Source: a virus. From it: a DNA stretch of 36,899 nt. Both the position numbers and the translations under genes were made by a program. This document shows positions 14,292-22,936 of the stretch, in pieces. Where the stretch lies: positions 1 through 36,899 of the IMG/VR virus record IMGVR_UViG_3300045988_033662. One strand, given 5' to 3'. Within the stretch, counting starts at the first letter, position 1, and each line of letters opens with the position of its first letter. Below the pieces are notes generated by a model that saw nothing but the letters and a program-made list of their open reading frames with translations, was not told where the DNA came from and searched no databases.

Positions 14292-14602
14292 TTCACCGTG
14301 ATGCGGATGTATGGCTTTACTTTTGAGATTTTGGCGTACAAGTCGTATACGTCTGGGTTTTCTTCCTTAAAAGTCTTGCTGTCGAATTTTTCTGTGTCAT
14401 GCTCTGGAATGAATGTAATCTTCAAAAACTCATTGTCGAGCTTCAATACGCCGTACTTCTGCATAGCATCAAGAATTTCTTTCTTCATGCTGTCCTGCTG
14501 TTTCTTAATCTCTTTCGCCTGTTTCTCAAGGCTGATGATTTTCTCGCATACTTCTTTAGAAAAAGTAACGTCTGATCCTGTTCTTTCAATAATATTAGCC
14601 AT
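14288..14602 (-). CDS. Hypothetical coiled-coil protein of the recombination module (start MANIIERTG)
   Basis: Track ORF 14288..14692. ATG 14602 follows GAGGA and gives only an 8-nt overlap with the upstream ORF. Confidence 0.5.
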   Translation of the reverse strand: MANIIERTGSDVTFSKEVCEKIISLEKQAKEIKKQQDSMKKEILDAMQKYGVLKLDNEFLKITFIPEHDTEKFDSKTFKEENPDVYDLYAKISKVKPYIRITVK

Positions 14603-14882
14603 TGTTTTCATCCTCGCTGTAATCAAATTTAACAAATTGATATTTGCCGATAACTCTTTTGATTGGCTCGTCTTCTGCACCTGCAAGAACACGCAATGCT
14701 CTTTTTACATCCTCACCACATAACGTGCAGACTGCAAGCACGGTTGCCTTTTTTTCTCCGAACTGCGTATCAACCAGAACCTCGTCACCTTGCTCAATAT
14801 TGGAATAAGCAGGCGAATAAAATAGGTATTTTTTACTATTGCCAGTGTGCTGGCATACTACAAATTGTTCAATTTTACTCAT
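14595..14882 (-). CDS. Hypothetical protein (95 aa)
   Basis: Track ORF, tightly packed. Confidence 0.5.
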   Translation of the reverse strand: MSKIEQFVVCQHTGNSKKYLFYSPAYSNIEQGDEVLVDTQFGEKKATVLAVCTLCGEDVKRALRVLAGAEDEPIKRVIGKYQFVKFDYSEDENNG

Positions 14883-15492
14883 GACTGTTCCCCTTTATAT
14901 GCTTCATATTCTTACTAATCAACTCACTTGCCTTCGACATCGGCATATCTTCCAGCTTTTCGATATTGTTCATATTTAACAGCTTTTCAAGATTCTCGCC
15001 TGTATAAATCTTGCTCAATACTACGATTTGTCTTGGTGACGCCTTGCGTTCCGTGCTGTTCGTTGCTTCATCATCATTGCCATCCGTATCTTCCTCTGTT
15101 GCCATTCCAAGAAATGCACCTAATGAATAACGCTTACGGTATGTGATCTCTGCACCTTCATCTTGCAACTTAGCGCCTTCCTTAACTGCAAACGGGTAGG
15201 TGTTTGTCTCGAATACGTGTCCGCTCTTGTGTACCAGAATACAGCGAACACCGTTTATGCCGTTCTCGTCAACTCCAATAGGCTGTAGCAATGCAAAATT
15301 CTTATTTTCTTTTATCTTGTTTAAAATGTTGTCTAGTGGTACATAATCAAATGCTTTGCGCATCCATTCTCCTGTTTTTCTGTTCTGCACAGAATAGTTG
15401 ACCTGTGCGGACTTTTCAAGTCCTTTCAACTGGTTTACAAGCTCAATTAAATCTGTTGCGATTTCTGGTGTTATGTTTTCAAATCCTTTCAT
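14875..15492 (-). CDS. ERF-family single-strand annealing protein (start MKGFENITPE)
   Basis: FDYVPLDNILNKIKE...LLQPIG...RCILVHKSGH...ITYRKRYSLGAFLGMATEEDTDGND is ERF-like. ATG 15492 follows AAGGAAAA. Confidence 0.7.
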   Translation of the reverse strand: MKGFENITPEIATDLIELVNQLKGLEKSAQVNYSVQNRKTGEWMRKAFDYVPLDNILNKIKENKNFALLQPIGVDENGINGVRCILVHKSGHVFETNTYPFAVKEGAKLQDEGAEITYRKRYSLGAFLGMATEEDTDGNDDEATNSTERKASPRQIVVLSKIYTGENLEKLLNMNNIEKLEDMPMSKASELISKNMKHIKGNSHE

Positions 15493-15601
15493 TTTTCTTG
15501 TTTTCCTTTCTTTTTGAAACATCAATTTCGTACTGTTCAATAATTTTGTTTAATTCTTCTGCGTGACCGTTTTCTACGATTTCTTCTACGATTTCAAACA
15601 T
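15479..15601 (-). CDS. Hypothetical micro-protein (40 aa, not in track)
   Basis: MFEIVEEIVENGHAEELNKIIEQYEIDVSKRKENKKNERI. GGGAG SD lies 9 nt upstream. Sits between cro-like and erf. Confidence 0.4.
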   Translation of the reverse strand: MFEIVEEIVENGHAEELNKIIEQYEIDVSKRKENKKNERI

Positions 15602-15605
15602 GTTT

Positions 15606-15800
15606 TCAGCTCCCAATAATTATATTCGCATATTCATATCCAAACACTTTGCAGAACACTTTGACAAGCTCTGTAGAAGGATTATGCGTTCCTTGCTCAA
15701 TACAAGCATAATGGCTCGTTGATATTCCGAGCATTTCTGCAACGTCCTTCTGAGTAAAACCCTTTGAAATTCTGAATGCTTTCAATTCTGCTCTTTTCAT
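15606..15800 (-). CDS. Cro-like XRE-family HTH protein
   Basis: GFTQKDVAEMLGISTSHYACIEQG is an HTH_3 pattern. Divergent from the repressor gene. Confidence 0.65.
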   Translation of the reverse strand: MKRAELKAFRISKGFTQKDVAEMLGISTSHYACIEQGTHNPSTELVKVFCKVFGYEYANIIIGS

Positions 15801-15948
15801 TTCGTGCCCCCTTTCTGCCTTACATTATAAACCCCTTGTAATCAAATTGCAACTACTTTTCATCAAAAGACGGTTATTTTTTATTGTTTCAAATAGCTAC
15901 GGTGTGTTATCATCGAAATATAAACTTTTTTAGGTGGTGTAAAGAATA
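15801..15948. promoter_or_regulatory. Genetic-switch region with divergent promoters
   Basis: Minus strand: TTGCAA (15847..15852), 17 nt, TATAAT (15824..15829). Plus strand: TTGTTT, 18 nt, TGtTATCAT around 15885..15914. Partly palindromic TTGTAATCAAATTGCAA overlaps the minus-strand -35. A TGTTTCAAA half-motif overlaps the plus-strand -35. Confidence 0.55.
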
Positions 15949-16260
15949 ATGATAAACAATAAATCGATTGGAAGGAAACTAAAAGAACTGCGCAACTCCC
16001 GTAACCTTAGACAGTCTGAGCTTGCCGAACTTGTCGGACTTTCAAGACCTGCAATATCGAATATTGAGTCTGGGAAACGTTCCTTGACTCTTTCCACTTT
16101 GAAACGTTTTTGCGAGGTTTACGGCATTGACATTTCATATTTTGGCATTGATACGTCAACCTATGATGAAACGACAGACCTCACACTGCGCATCGAGTCT
16201 CTGTTTCATGATCTTCCTGAACCTGAGAAAGAAGATAATGAAGTTGTACCTAGACAGTAA
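15949..16260 (+). CDS. CI-like XRE-family repressor (no peptidase domain)
   Basis: LRQSELAELVGLSRPAISNIESGKR is an HTH_3 pattern. First gene of the plus-strand lysogeny operon, upstream of the integrase. Confidence 0.7.
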   Translation: MINNKSIGRKLKELRNSRNLRQSELAELVGLSRPAISNIESGKRSLTLSTLKRFCEVYGIDISYFGIDTSTYDETTDLTLRIESLFHDLPEPEKEDNEVVPRQ

Positions 16261-16451
16261 AAATGTTTCTGATTGAAACCATCTGTCGAAAAAAAAGAGT
16301 TGTCTAACTCATACTCAATTTTGAGATCTTCCTGTTCAGCATAAAGATTAAACAGCAAAGAATAGAAACTTTCAGCGTCCATATGCTCACCGCCTTTCAA
16401 TGGCTAGTATGGACTGCTTTTTTTATTTTCAATCAATCGGAGGTATTTTTT

Positions 16452-17786
16452 ATGAGAAAAAAACTGCGAGTGGCAGGATATGCTCGTGTTTCAACAGATG
16501 AACAAAAAAAATATGGTTACTCAATACAGGCACAAATTGACGAAATAACGCAATGGTGCAACGACAACGACCATGACTTACTACATATCTACATTGATGA
16601 AGGCTACTCCGCAAGCACCATGAAACGCCCGCAACTGCAATCCATGCTGTCAAACTTGAAAAATCTTGATGCCATAGCTTTCACACGCCTTGACCGTTTA
16701 TCACGTAACGTCCTTGAAGCAAACAAGATGCTTGAACTTCTTCAGCAAAACAATGTCGCCATGATTTCCATTTGTGAGGACGATATAAACACGTCCACTG
16801 CAAACGGCTTGTTCATGTTCAACCTAAAAGTCAACCTTGCAGAACATGAATTAAAAAAAGGCTCTGAACGCATCAAAGCCGTATTTGAATACAAGATTGC
16901 ACAAGGCCAACCTATCACTGGCAATGTTCCTTTTGGTTACAGGATTGCCACGGAAAACGGAAATAAACGCATTGTGATTGATGAATCCAAAGCACCAATA
17001 GTGAAAGACATTTTCGCATCATTTCTCCTGCATCAATCAGTCCATTACACTGTCGAATACGTCAACAAGAAATACGGCCTGTCTAGACCTTACATGTCAT
17101 ATATGCACATACTAAAAAATGAATTTTATGCAGGATCATACCGAGGGAACTCCAACTACGCCGAGCCATACATCACGAAAGAAACATACAATGCCGTTCA
17201 GACCGCATTACAAGCCAACATACACACGGGAATACAGCGCCATACATATTTATTCACTGGACTGTTAAGATGCCCAGAATGCCGCTCTAAGCTTGTTGGA
17301 GTGAGCCATCCAAAAGGTGGCAAGCGATATTATTACTATAGATGTAACAATGCCCACTCGGTGCATACATGCACGCATAAAAAGCACTATGCGGAACTTG
17401 CAACGGAAAAATATCTGCTGTCTAACCTTGACGATCTTTTGAAAAACCATATAGCCACAATATCAAGCATCACTTCTGAAACAAAGAACACAACTGAAAA
17501 GGAATTAAAAGAACTAAGAAAAGAACTTGATAATCTGAATTATATCTTCATTAAGAAGCGTATGCCTGTAAGTACCTATGAACGTCTATATGCAGAAACG
17601 GAAGACAAAATAAAAAGGCTTGAATCTTTCAAGCCTCAAAGTACTGATCATCTTAATCAATTTTTGAACAGCGGTTGGCGCTCAATATATGAGAACCTCA
17701 CACGTGAGAACAAGCGCACGCTGTGGCGCAATGTCCTTGAATCTGTCCATGTTTCACCTGATGGAATAGAAGTTTTCTTCAAGTAA
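16452..17786 (+). CDS. int: Large serine recombinase (integrase)
   Basis: MRKKLRVAGYARVSTDEQ is a resolvase-type catalytic Ser region, followed by a recombinase domain. Zinc ribbon CPECRSKL...YYYRCNN...C and a C-terminal coiled coil. ATG 16452 follows GGAGG; the track ORF start at 16383 is upstream read-in. Confidence 0.9.
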   Translation: MRKKLRVAGYARVSTDEQKKYGYSIQAQIDEITQWCNDNDHDLLHIYIDEGYSASTMKRPQLQSMLSNLKNLDAIAFTRLDRLSRNVLEANKMLELLQQNNVAMISICEDDINTSTANGLFMFNLKVNLAEHELKKGSERIKAVFEYKIAQGQPITGNVPFGYRIATENGNKRIVIDESKAPIVKDIFASFLLHQSVHYTVEYVNKKYGLSRPYMSYMHILKNEFYAGSYRGNSNYAEPYITKETYNAVQTALQANIHTGIQRHTYLFTGLLRCPECRSKLVGVSHPKGGKRYYYYRCNNAHSVHTCTHKKHYAELATEKYLLSNLDDLLKNHIATISSITSETKNTTEKELKELRKELDNLNYIFIKKRMPVSTYERLYAETEDKIKRLESFKPQSTDHLNQFLNSGWRSIYENLTRENKRTLWRNVLESVHVSPDGIEVFFK

Positions 17787-17789
17787 AAA

Positions 17790-17807
17790 GCAGGCATTTC
17801 AGCCTGC
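17790..17807 (+). terminator. Hairpin after int (GCAGGC-atttca-GCCTGC) with a weak T tract
   Basis: Read directly, 4 nt after the int stop codon. Confidence 0.4.
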
Positions 17808-17870
17808 CCTTTACTAGGAGAATTCATGTACCAATGTCAACGAAATTACACCTATAATATACACCAATCA

Positions 17871-17897
17871 ATCACCGAATGCAACGGTGATTTTTTC
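17871..17897 (+). terminator. Rho-independent terminator (ATCACCG-aatgcaa-CGGTGAT + T6)
   Basis: 7-bp stem plus T-run on the plus strand. Confidence 0.6.
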
Positions 17898-17907
17898 TTT
17901 ACTAAGA

Positions 17908-17941
17908 TATGCTAACCTGTAGGATATGACAAGTTAGTATA
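17908..17941. other. Candidate attP core: imperfect inverted repeat TATGCTAAC-N16-GTTAGTATA between convergent terminators
   Basis: 8/9 arm complementarity. Located beside the serine integrase, in the only gene-free gap between the plus and minus transcription units. Confidence 0.25.
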
Positions 17942-17953
17942 GAATTTTGCAGA

Positions 17954-17980
17954 TAAAAAAAAGCTCCCTTTCGGAAGCTC
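17954..17980 (-). terminator. Rho-independent terminator (GAGCUUCC-GAAA-GGGAGCUU + U8)
   Basis: GNRA-type tetraloop hairpin with a U-run on the minus strand, overlapping the stop codon of ORF 17979..18212. Confidence 0.75.
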
Positions 17981-18212
17981 AAAGTTCAATATGAATTGTT
18001 TCACCTGTTTTTAAGATTGCAACAGGAACGTAGTAACCATAATCGTCGCACACTATTTTAACCTCGCTAACATCTGATGTGGCAACTCTTGGAGTGCCAT
18101 CATAAATAATGAATACTTTTTCTTCATCATGCATCTGCTCAATCTGGCTCTCTAGATAATAGCTAGTATCAACTTTAAAATTTTTCTGTCTTGCTCTTTT
18201 TAATATTTTCAT
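17979..18212 (-). CDS. Moron-type hypothetical protein (77 aa) with its own promoter and terminator
   Basis: Track ORF bracketed by a consensus promoter and a strong terminator. No family recognised. Confidence 0.6.
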   Translation of the reverse strand: MKILKRARQKNFKVDTSYYLESQIEQMHDEEKVFIIYDGTPRVATSDVSEVKIVCDDYGYYVPVAILKTGETIHIEL

Positions 18213-18243
18213 GTTTTGTTTTCCTCTCTCTCTTTACAACTAC

Positions 18244-18296
18244 ATTATAATACCATAACGTTATAATGTCAAACGTTTGTTCGCACTTCTTTGACA
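18244..18296 (-). promoter_or_regulatory. Consensus sigma-A-type promoter TTGACA (18267..18272), 17 nt, TATAAT (18244..18249). The -35 lies inside inverted repeat TGTCAAA-N16-TTTGACA (18267..18296).
   Basis: Read on the minus strand. Exact consensus hexamers with exact 17-nt spacing. Confidence 0.7.
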
Positions 18297-18305
18297 ATTT
18301 TTTGC

Positions 18306-18343
18306 ATAAAAAAAGCAGCACGCCGAAAACCTCCGACATGCTG
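18306..18343 (-). terminator. Terminator of the tail operon (CAGCAUG...CGUGCUG + U7)
   Basis: Hairpin plus U-run on the minus strand, about 55 nt after the stop of ORF 18399..20117. Confidence 0.6.
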
Positions 18344-18398
18344 AGAAAGGAATGCAGTGAACATGAAACACTGCACTCATAGTATATCATGACTTCGT

Positions 18399-20117
18399 TT
18401 AATATCCAACAACTCTCGTTATGAAAATTGCATTTTCTGCCGAATATGTTGATCCGTTGTTCTTCGGTGTGATCTGGTAATTCTGGCTGAATGTGATCAT
18501 TGAACCAGACACATTCACAAGAGCAAACTTTGCATAATCAAAGTCTGCAATATAATGTATCGTGCCTAAATGTACAAGTTTTCCATTCGGGCTGAATACC
18601 TTCACACTGCCACAAGCATTATTACCAGACGATCTGTAAAAGATTTCAAGATATGTGTAATTTTCCGCACTGTCTGATAATGTGACAGTTTCTGCTGTTC
18701 CATTTGCACTGTTGTAAAGCACCTTGCCACTAAGGCTCACGCCATTTACTTCAAAGCTGTTATCATACTTTGGAAAGCAGTTAACGCCCATTGAGCTTAA
18801 ATGCCTATCAAAATAAATAATTGGTATACCCTTATCAATAAACAAATTATAAGTTGTCGAGCCTATCAAGTCACTGACTATAACTCTTATATCCCATGCG
18901 AATTTATTGTCAATATCAAAACTTGTTTGCGTGTTGTCTTGAATTGTTTTTAATGTTGAATAATTTGTATCAGTTGTTTTTTTGTACTGATATTGAATTT
19001 TAATTACGTTCTTATCATTAATGCTTGATATACTGCCATCAACGGTTAAATGTGTTGTTGAATAGAAATTATTTTCTCTTTGACAATTAATAATTGCGCT
19101 AGGCTGAACCCAGTCAACAACAGTTACATCTTTTGAATAGGTTGATTTGTTCCCACGACTGTCAGTTACAACGATTGAAGCAGTTAAGTTTGATGATGAG
19201 TTGACAATTCCAAAATCAATTATCTGAGAAGGAACGCTTGAACCACTCAAAGTAGCGCTTTTTGTAATTCCGTTAAGCAATATTTCAGCTTTTGACAAGG
19301 TTGCATACTTCAACGCGATCAAGTTGGTTAGCTTAAATTCCAAATTGCTATTATTTCTAATGATTATTAGATTATCCTCAGTTATATCGGATGTTTTTTT
19401 GTTGCTATCATAATAATCAATTTTATCAATTTTAGGGTTTGCGTTTGCTACATTACATGTAAATTTAACCGATTTAGTCCCAATTTTAGTCGAACCGTTG
19501 TATGTATCAGCATAAATAGTACCCCAACTGCTATTTAAGTTTGGAATTTTGCTATAAAACGATTCAGGAATTGTCCATGTGCAGTTGCTTGCTACGTTTG
19601 TCGCTATAGTACCATTTAAATCATAAAAAGAATATCTAACGGTATGTGTAAATTTATCACTATGACGGTTCATGTGAATTGTTATTGTACTGCCAATGTC
19701 ACCAATATTTTCGGTTGTATTTGGCCACGTGATGCATGACGGCTGGCTCGCTCTTGCAATCTGTGGCAGGCTCCACGAACCAGAACCGTTACAGTTTGTA
19801 GAAGCGCTATAGATTGCACTCGACACGCTAGCACTAAAAGAAGCGTTCCCCTCCGAATTATGACCAATTGTGTAAGAACCGCTTGCGATAGTGCCTTTGT
19901 ACTGCTGCACCCTTGTGCCGTTATAATAAACACAATTGCCGTTGATATATACACTCGTTGGATTTGATCTATACCAACTAGAATTACCGCCTTCTGCGCT
20001 AATTCTCCAATTGATCGTAGTATTATTGTTAGCTACGCTTTGGCTTGCTACGCTCCACGAAAACTGTACATGTCGTCCATCATAGCTGTTTGTGTTGAAA
20101 CTTCCATTTGAAGCCAT
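18399..20117 (-). CDS. Distal tail / receptor-binding protein candidate (DUF859-like N-terminus)
   Basis: N-terminus MASNGSFNTNSYDGRHVQFSWSV...NNTTINWRI resembles siphovirus DUF859 proteins. Last gene of the tail operon and rich in S/T/N. Confidence 0.5.
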   Translation of the reverse strand: MASNGSFNTNSYDGRHVQFSWSVASQSVANNNTTINWRISAEGGNSSWYRSNPTSVYINGNCVYYNGTRVQQYKGTIASGSYTIGHNSEGNASFSASVSSAIYSASTNCNGSGSWSLPQIARASQPSCITWPNTTENIGDIGSTITIHMNRHSDKFTHTVRYSFYDLNGTIATNVASNCTWTIPESFYSKIPNLNSSWGTIYADTYNGSTKIGTKSVKFTCNVANANPKIDKIDYYDSNKKTSDITEDNLIIIRNNSNLEFKLTNLIALKYATLSKAEILLNGITKSATLSGSSVPSQIIDFGIVNSSSNLTASIVVTDSRGNKSTYSKDVTVVDWVQPSAIINCQRENNFYSTTHLTVDGSISSINDKNVIKIQYQYKKTTDTNYSTLKTIQDNTQTSFDIDNKFAWDIRVIVSDLIGSTTYNLFIDKGIPIIYFDRHLSSMGVNCFPKYDNSFEVNGVSLSGKVLYNSANGTAETVTLSDSAENYTYLEIFYRSSGNNACGSVKVFSPNGKLVHLGTIHYIADFDYAKFALVNVSGSMITFSQNYQITPKNNGSTYSAENAIFITRVVGY

Positions 20118-20119
20118 AG

Positions 20120-21799
20120 CTAATTACCTCCCATAGTTGAAACTAAGCCAATTCCGTCATTTGTCATTTCACCGTCATTATCGTACAAAGTAATTGGTAT
20201 GAATCTCATTTTGTTACAAAGTGTTATTTCCTCCTCGACAACGCTCTTTTTCTGATGGAACTCATCCTTTGATGCCCAATAGATTTTATTGCTGTTTCTA
20301 TCATATCCAGCAAAGCCGATTTCGTTATTGATGACAATATAGCTATCATCTACACCGTTCAAGCGCAATCCATTTTTATCAAGTATACCGATTAAATTGT
20401 TAGCCTCGTCATAGATTTCAAGAGTTCCAAATTGATTGAGGTTAGATCCTAGCTTTAACGTTCCGCCTTTTATTAAATCAGCCGTCATATTGATAACATT
20501 GATCTGTTCCATGTTTAATACGTTGTCAATAGTCCATGCACTCTTGAACGCTCCATTGATTCCAGTGCTTGAAAATGCAATACCACCGCTGTTGATCATG
20601 ATAACATGGTGAGCTTCTTCCTTTGGTAATGCATCAACCACAAGAATCTTGTCTCCTTCATAAATAACGTATGAGGAGCTCATAGCGCTCAATATTTTAT
20701 CCGTCGCGGTTTTTAATTCCTCACTCAGCGTAACTTTAATAACTTTGTTATTTTCCTGTATAGTTTGTTGCGTACTGCTAGTTATACTGTCAACTAGATT
20801 AGATAGCTTTTGCTTGAAGTTTCCAAACTCTAATTCAGTATATCTTTCTAGGATACAGTCATAGTCATAAGCAATAACATTAGTTGTAATATCTAATCCT
20901 AATCTTTCGTCTTTTACAACTATTGTATCTCCTACATCAGTAATTTTTTCAAGATTTGCCTTCAGCTTGTAATTCACACTAGGCTTACAGTTTGCATTAA
21001 CGTAGTCTTGTGCTTGTGTTCGCAAATCGTTCATTAAAGCGTTATTATAAGATGCCTTGTTTAAATTGCCGTCAGCGTCCTTATAATCATCTTCTTCTAT
21101 TCCATTTTGTTCAAAAGAAACACATTTCGTATATGGTATGTCATATTGAGTATTGCTATAAATATACTGTTCATCTAATAAAAGTCCATCTTTTCCGACT
21201 GGCATTAGCTTTGTCACTACGTTATCCCAGTTATATTCGCAATTTATTTCTTTTAAATTCTTTGCATATCTTACAACAACACCATTGTCTTTTCCTATTT
21301 CATTCTTTATAGCTATCATGAAGTTGTCTCTTACAAGATGACCGCCCCATCGCTCTATAACCGTAGTAATAGCCTCATATAGCGATTTTCTAACACATCT
21401 AAAGGAATTTATCGTTGTAACGTCTGAAACTGTTGTAAATGGGCTTGTGTTGTCCGTGGCGTTGTTTAAGTGATCAAGTGCGTCGTTGCAATTTTTGTCA
21501 ACAACATAGCTATCAGCGATTAGATAGTTTTGGCTATCGTAAAACACGTGATAGCATTTAGCACTTATCTTTTTTCGTGTCTTCTCAATATTCGTTATTC
21601 TAAATGCTTGCTCACCTTGTGGGGTATTTGCAACGACAATTCTATTTTCAGTTAGATCATCAATGTAATCAAGGCTTGTTTCTAAATCCAAGTAGAAAGA
21701 ACCATTATCCTCTTTGTGCACTTTAGCCTTTAATGGTTTTATGACAATATCGCCGTTTGTGGTAAATGTTTTGTCATTGCTGGAAAACAATCTAATCAT
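20120..21799 (-). CDS. Tail-associated protein Tal (prophage tail endopeptidase-type N-terminal domain)
   Basis: MIRLFSSNDKTFTTNGDIVIKPLKAKVHKEDNGSFYLDLE... is the typical start of this family. Position lies downstream of TMP/Dit. Confidence 0.65.
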   Translation of the reverse strand: MIRLFSSNDKTFTTNGDIVIKPLKAKVHKEDNGSFYLDLETSLDYIDDLTENRIVVANTPQGEQAFRITNIEKTRKKISAKCYHVFYDSQNYLIADSYVVDKNCNDALDHLNNATDNTSPFTTVSDVTTINSFRCVRKSLYEAITTVIERWGGHLVRDNFMIAIKNEIGKDNGVVVRYAKNLKEINCEYNWDNVVTKLMPVGKDGLLLDEQYIYSNTQYDIPYTKCVSFEQNGIEEDDYKDADGNLNKASYNNALMNDLRTQAQDYVNANCKPSVNYKLKANLEKITDVGDTIVVKDERLGLDITTNVIAYDYDCILERYTELEFGNFKQKLSNLVDSITSSTQQTIQENNKVIKVTLSEELKTATDKILSAMSSSYVIYEGDKILVVDALPKEEAHHVIMINSGGIAFSSTGINGAFKSAWTIDNVLNMEQINVINMTADLIKGGTLKLGSNLNQFGTLEIYDEANNLIGILDKNGLRLNGVDDSYIVINNEIGFAGYDRNSNKIYWASKDEFHQKKSVVEEEITLCNKMRFIPITLYDNDGEMTNDGIGLVSTMGGN

Positions 21800-21835
21800 C
21801 TTTAAGCCTCCTTTCTCAGCGTGTTATAGCCTTAT

Positions 21836-22936
21836 TTATGCCGTTCTCTTCCACATGAATACAGCTAAATATGGTGGCATATTGTTATGTTTTCCGCCTC
21901 CACCTTCGAGTCCAGTTCTGTTGCCATCTTCGTTTTTAGTCGCTTTTATGTTAGGCACGATATTAGTAGTTTCAGTCTTAGTTAGAGACTTAGCCCCAAA
22001 ATTGGTTGATATGAGAGTAGCGTTCTTGTTAGCAACAATTGTCCAGTCGTTTGTATCATGATTATGCTCAGGCATTTCGGTAGCGTTTAATTGATGATAG
22101 TATTCACCGCCTGTTTCACCACTTGCAATGTCTGGTTTTTCTGCCCCAAGTGATCCAAATCTTGTATTCGAATTTGTGTCCGCAACTGCTCCTGCTCCAA
22201 TTAGGAAACGTCCTTTCAGCCTTTCCCACGTTCCGCCAAACAGTGTTGATGGATCAGTACTGTTTACGCTCATGTAGATAGAGCCAACTGGATAAGTCTT
22301 GTTAAGTAGGTTTTCGGTGATTCCAGTATCGCCCTTTGCGCCGTTTGTTACCGTAAATGTTGATGTTGTTCCATCATTATATGCAATCGTATATGTATCA
22401 ACCAGTCCACTTGTTGATGTCTTTGCAATTGTTTTAATGCCTTTGCCGTTGCTTACGTTGAATGTTCTTTTAGTTCCGTCTGTAAGTGATATTTCGTAAG
22501 TATCAGTCAACCCACTTGTGCTAGCTTTTTTGATTTCCTTGATGCTCTTCCCGTCCTGACCTTTTACGCCCTGTGGCCCTTGAGGCCCTGTATCGCCTTT
22601 TTCTCCAATGTCGCCCTTTGCGCCGTTTGTTACCGTAAATGTTGGCTTTGTGCCATCTGTAAGTGTGATTGTATAAGTGTCTACAAGCCCACTTGTTCCT
22701 GTTTTGCTAATACTTGAGATTCCGTTTCCGTTTCTGTTTGTCACCGTGAAAGTTGACGTTGTTCCATCTGTCATCGTGATTGTGTAAGTATCAGTCAGCC
22801 CACTTGTGCTAGTTTTTTTGATTTCCTTGATGCTCTTTCCTTCCTGACCTTTAAGCATCAATATTTTCACGATAGGTTTTCTAATATATTCGCTCATTTT
22901 GGCTTTTACTATAGTTTTTCTAATATTCTCGCTCAT
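21836..22936 (-). CDS. Tail fibre: four ~35-aa beta-rich repeats + collagen G-X-Y stretch + C-terminal phage tail-collar domain
   Basis: Repeats SI.EI.KT.TSGL.DTYTIT.TDGT..TFTVTNG x4. GDIGEKGDTGPQGPQGVKGQDG. C-terminal YPVGSIYMS...GGTWERL...FL...G...GGE..H.L...EMP.H.H. ATGA overlap with the upstream ORF. Confidence 0.7.
   Translation of the reverse strand: MSENIRKTIVKAKMSEYIRKPIVKILMLKGQEGKSIKEIKKTSTSGLTDTYTITMTDGTTSTFTVTNRNGNGISSISKTGTSGLVDTYTITLTDGTKPTFTVTNGAKGDIGEKGDTGPQGPQGVKGQDGKSIKEIKKASTSGLTDTYEISLTDGTKRTFNVSNGKGIKTIAKTSTSGLVDTYTIAYNDGTTSTFTVTNGAKGDTGITENLLNKTYPVGSIYMSVNSTDPSTLFGGTWERLKGRFLIGAGAVADTNSNTRFGSLGAEKPDIASGETGGEYYHQLNATEMPEHNHDTNDWTIVANKNATLISTNFGAKSLTKTETTNIVPNIKATKNEDGNRTGLEGGGGKHNNMPPYLAVFMWKRTA

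Noticed and set aside
14025-14723. 232-aa plus-strand ORF, with similar plus-strand ORFs at 26412..26933, 35849..36304, 21714..22061, 24285..25236, 11333..11687 and elsewhere
   Set aside because: All are antisense to well-supported minus-strand genes. They translate to low-complexity Cys/Phe/Ser/Leu-rich strings, lack SD sequences, and are the kind of shadow frames expected opposite coding sequence.
16206-16400. 64-aa minus-strand ORF between the repressor and integrase genes
   Set aside because: It begins at a TTG and overlaps the 3' end of the repressor gene in antisense by 55 nt. It has only a weak SD for the internal ATG at 16382. The same DNA also forms a plus-strand hairpin (GTCCATA...TATGGAC + T-run, about 16377..16431) that could attenuate int. 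The ORF remains uncertain and is not called.
17853-17897. Tiny plus-strand unit (TATAAT at 17853..17858 followed by the terminator at 17871..17897) as a ~30-nt sRNA
   Set aside because: There is no credible -35. The hairpin is explained more simply as a second terminator protecting attP from read-through of the int operon.
18175-18390. 71-aa minus-strand ORF
   Set aside because: It spans the tail-operon terminator and the consensus promoter of the moron, so it is an artefact of an AT-rich intergenic region.
21836-22936. Diversity-generating retroelement targeting the fibre gene
   Set aside because: There is no reverse transcriptase gene and no template repeat outside the gene. The repeats are internal in-frame domain repeats.
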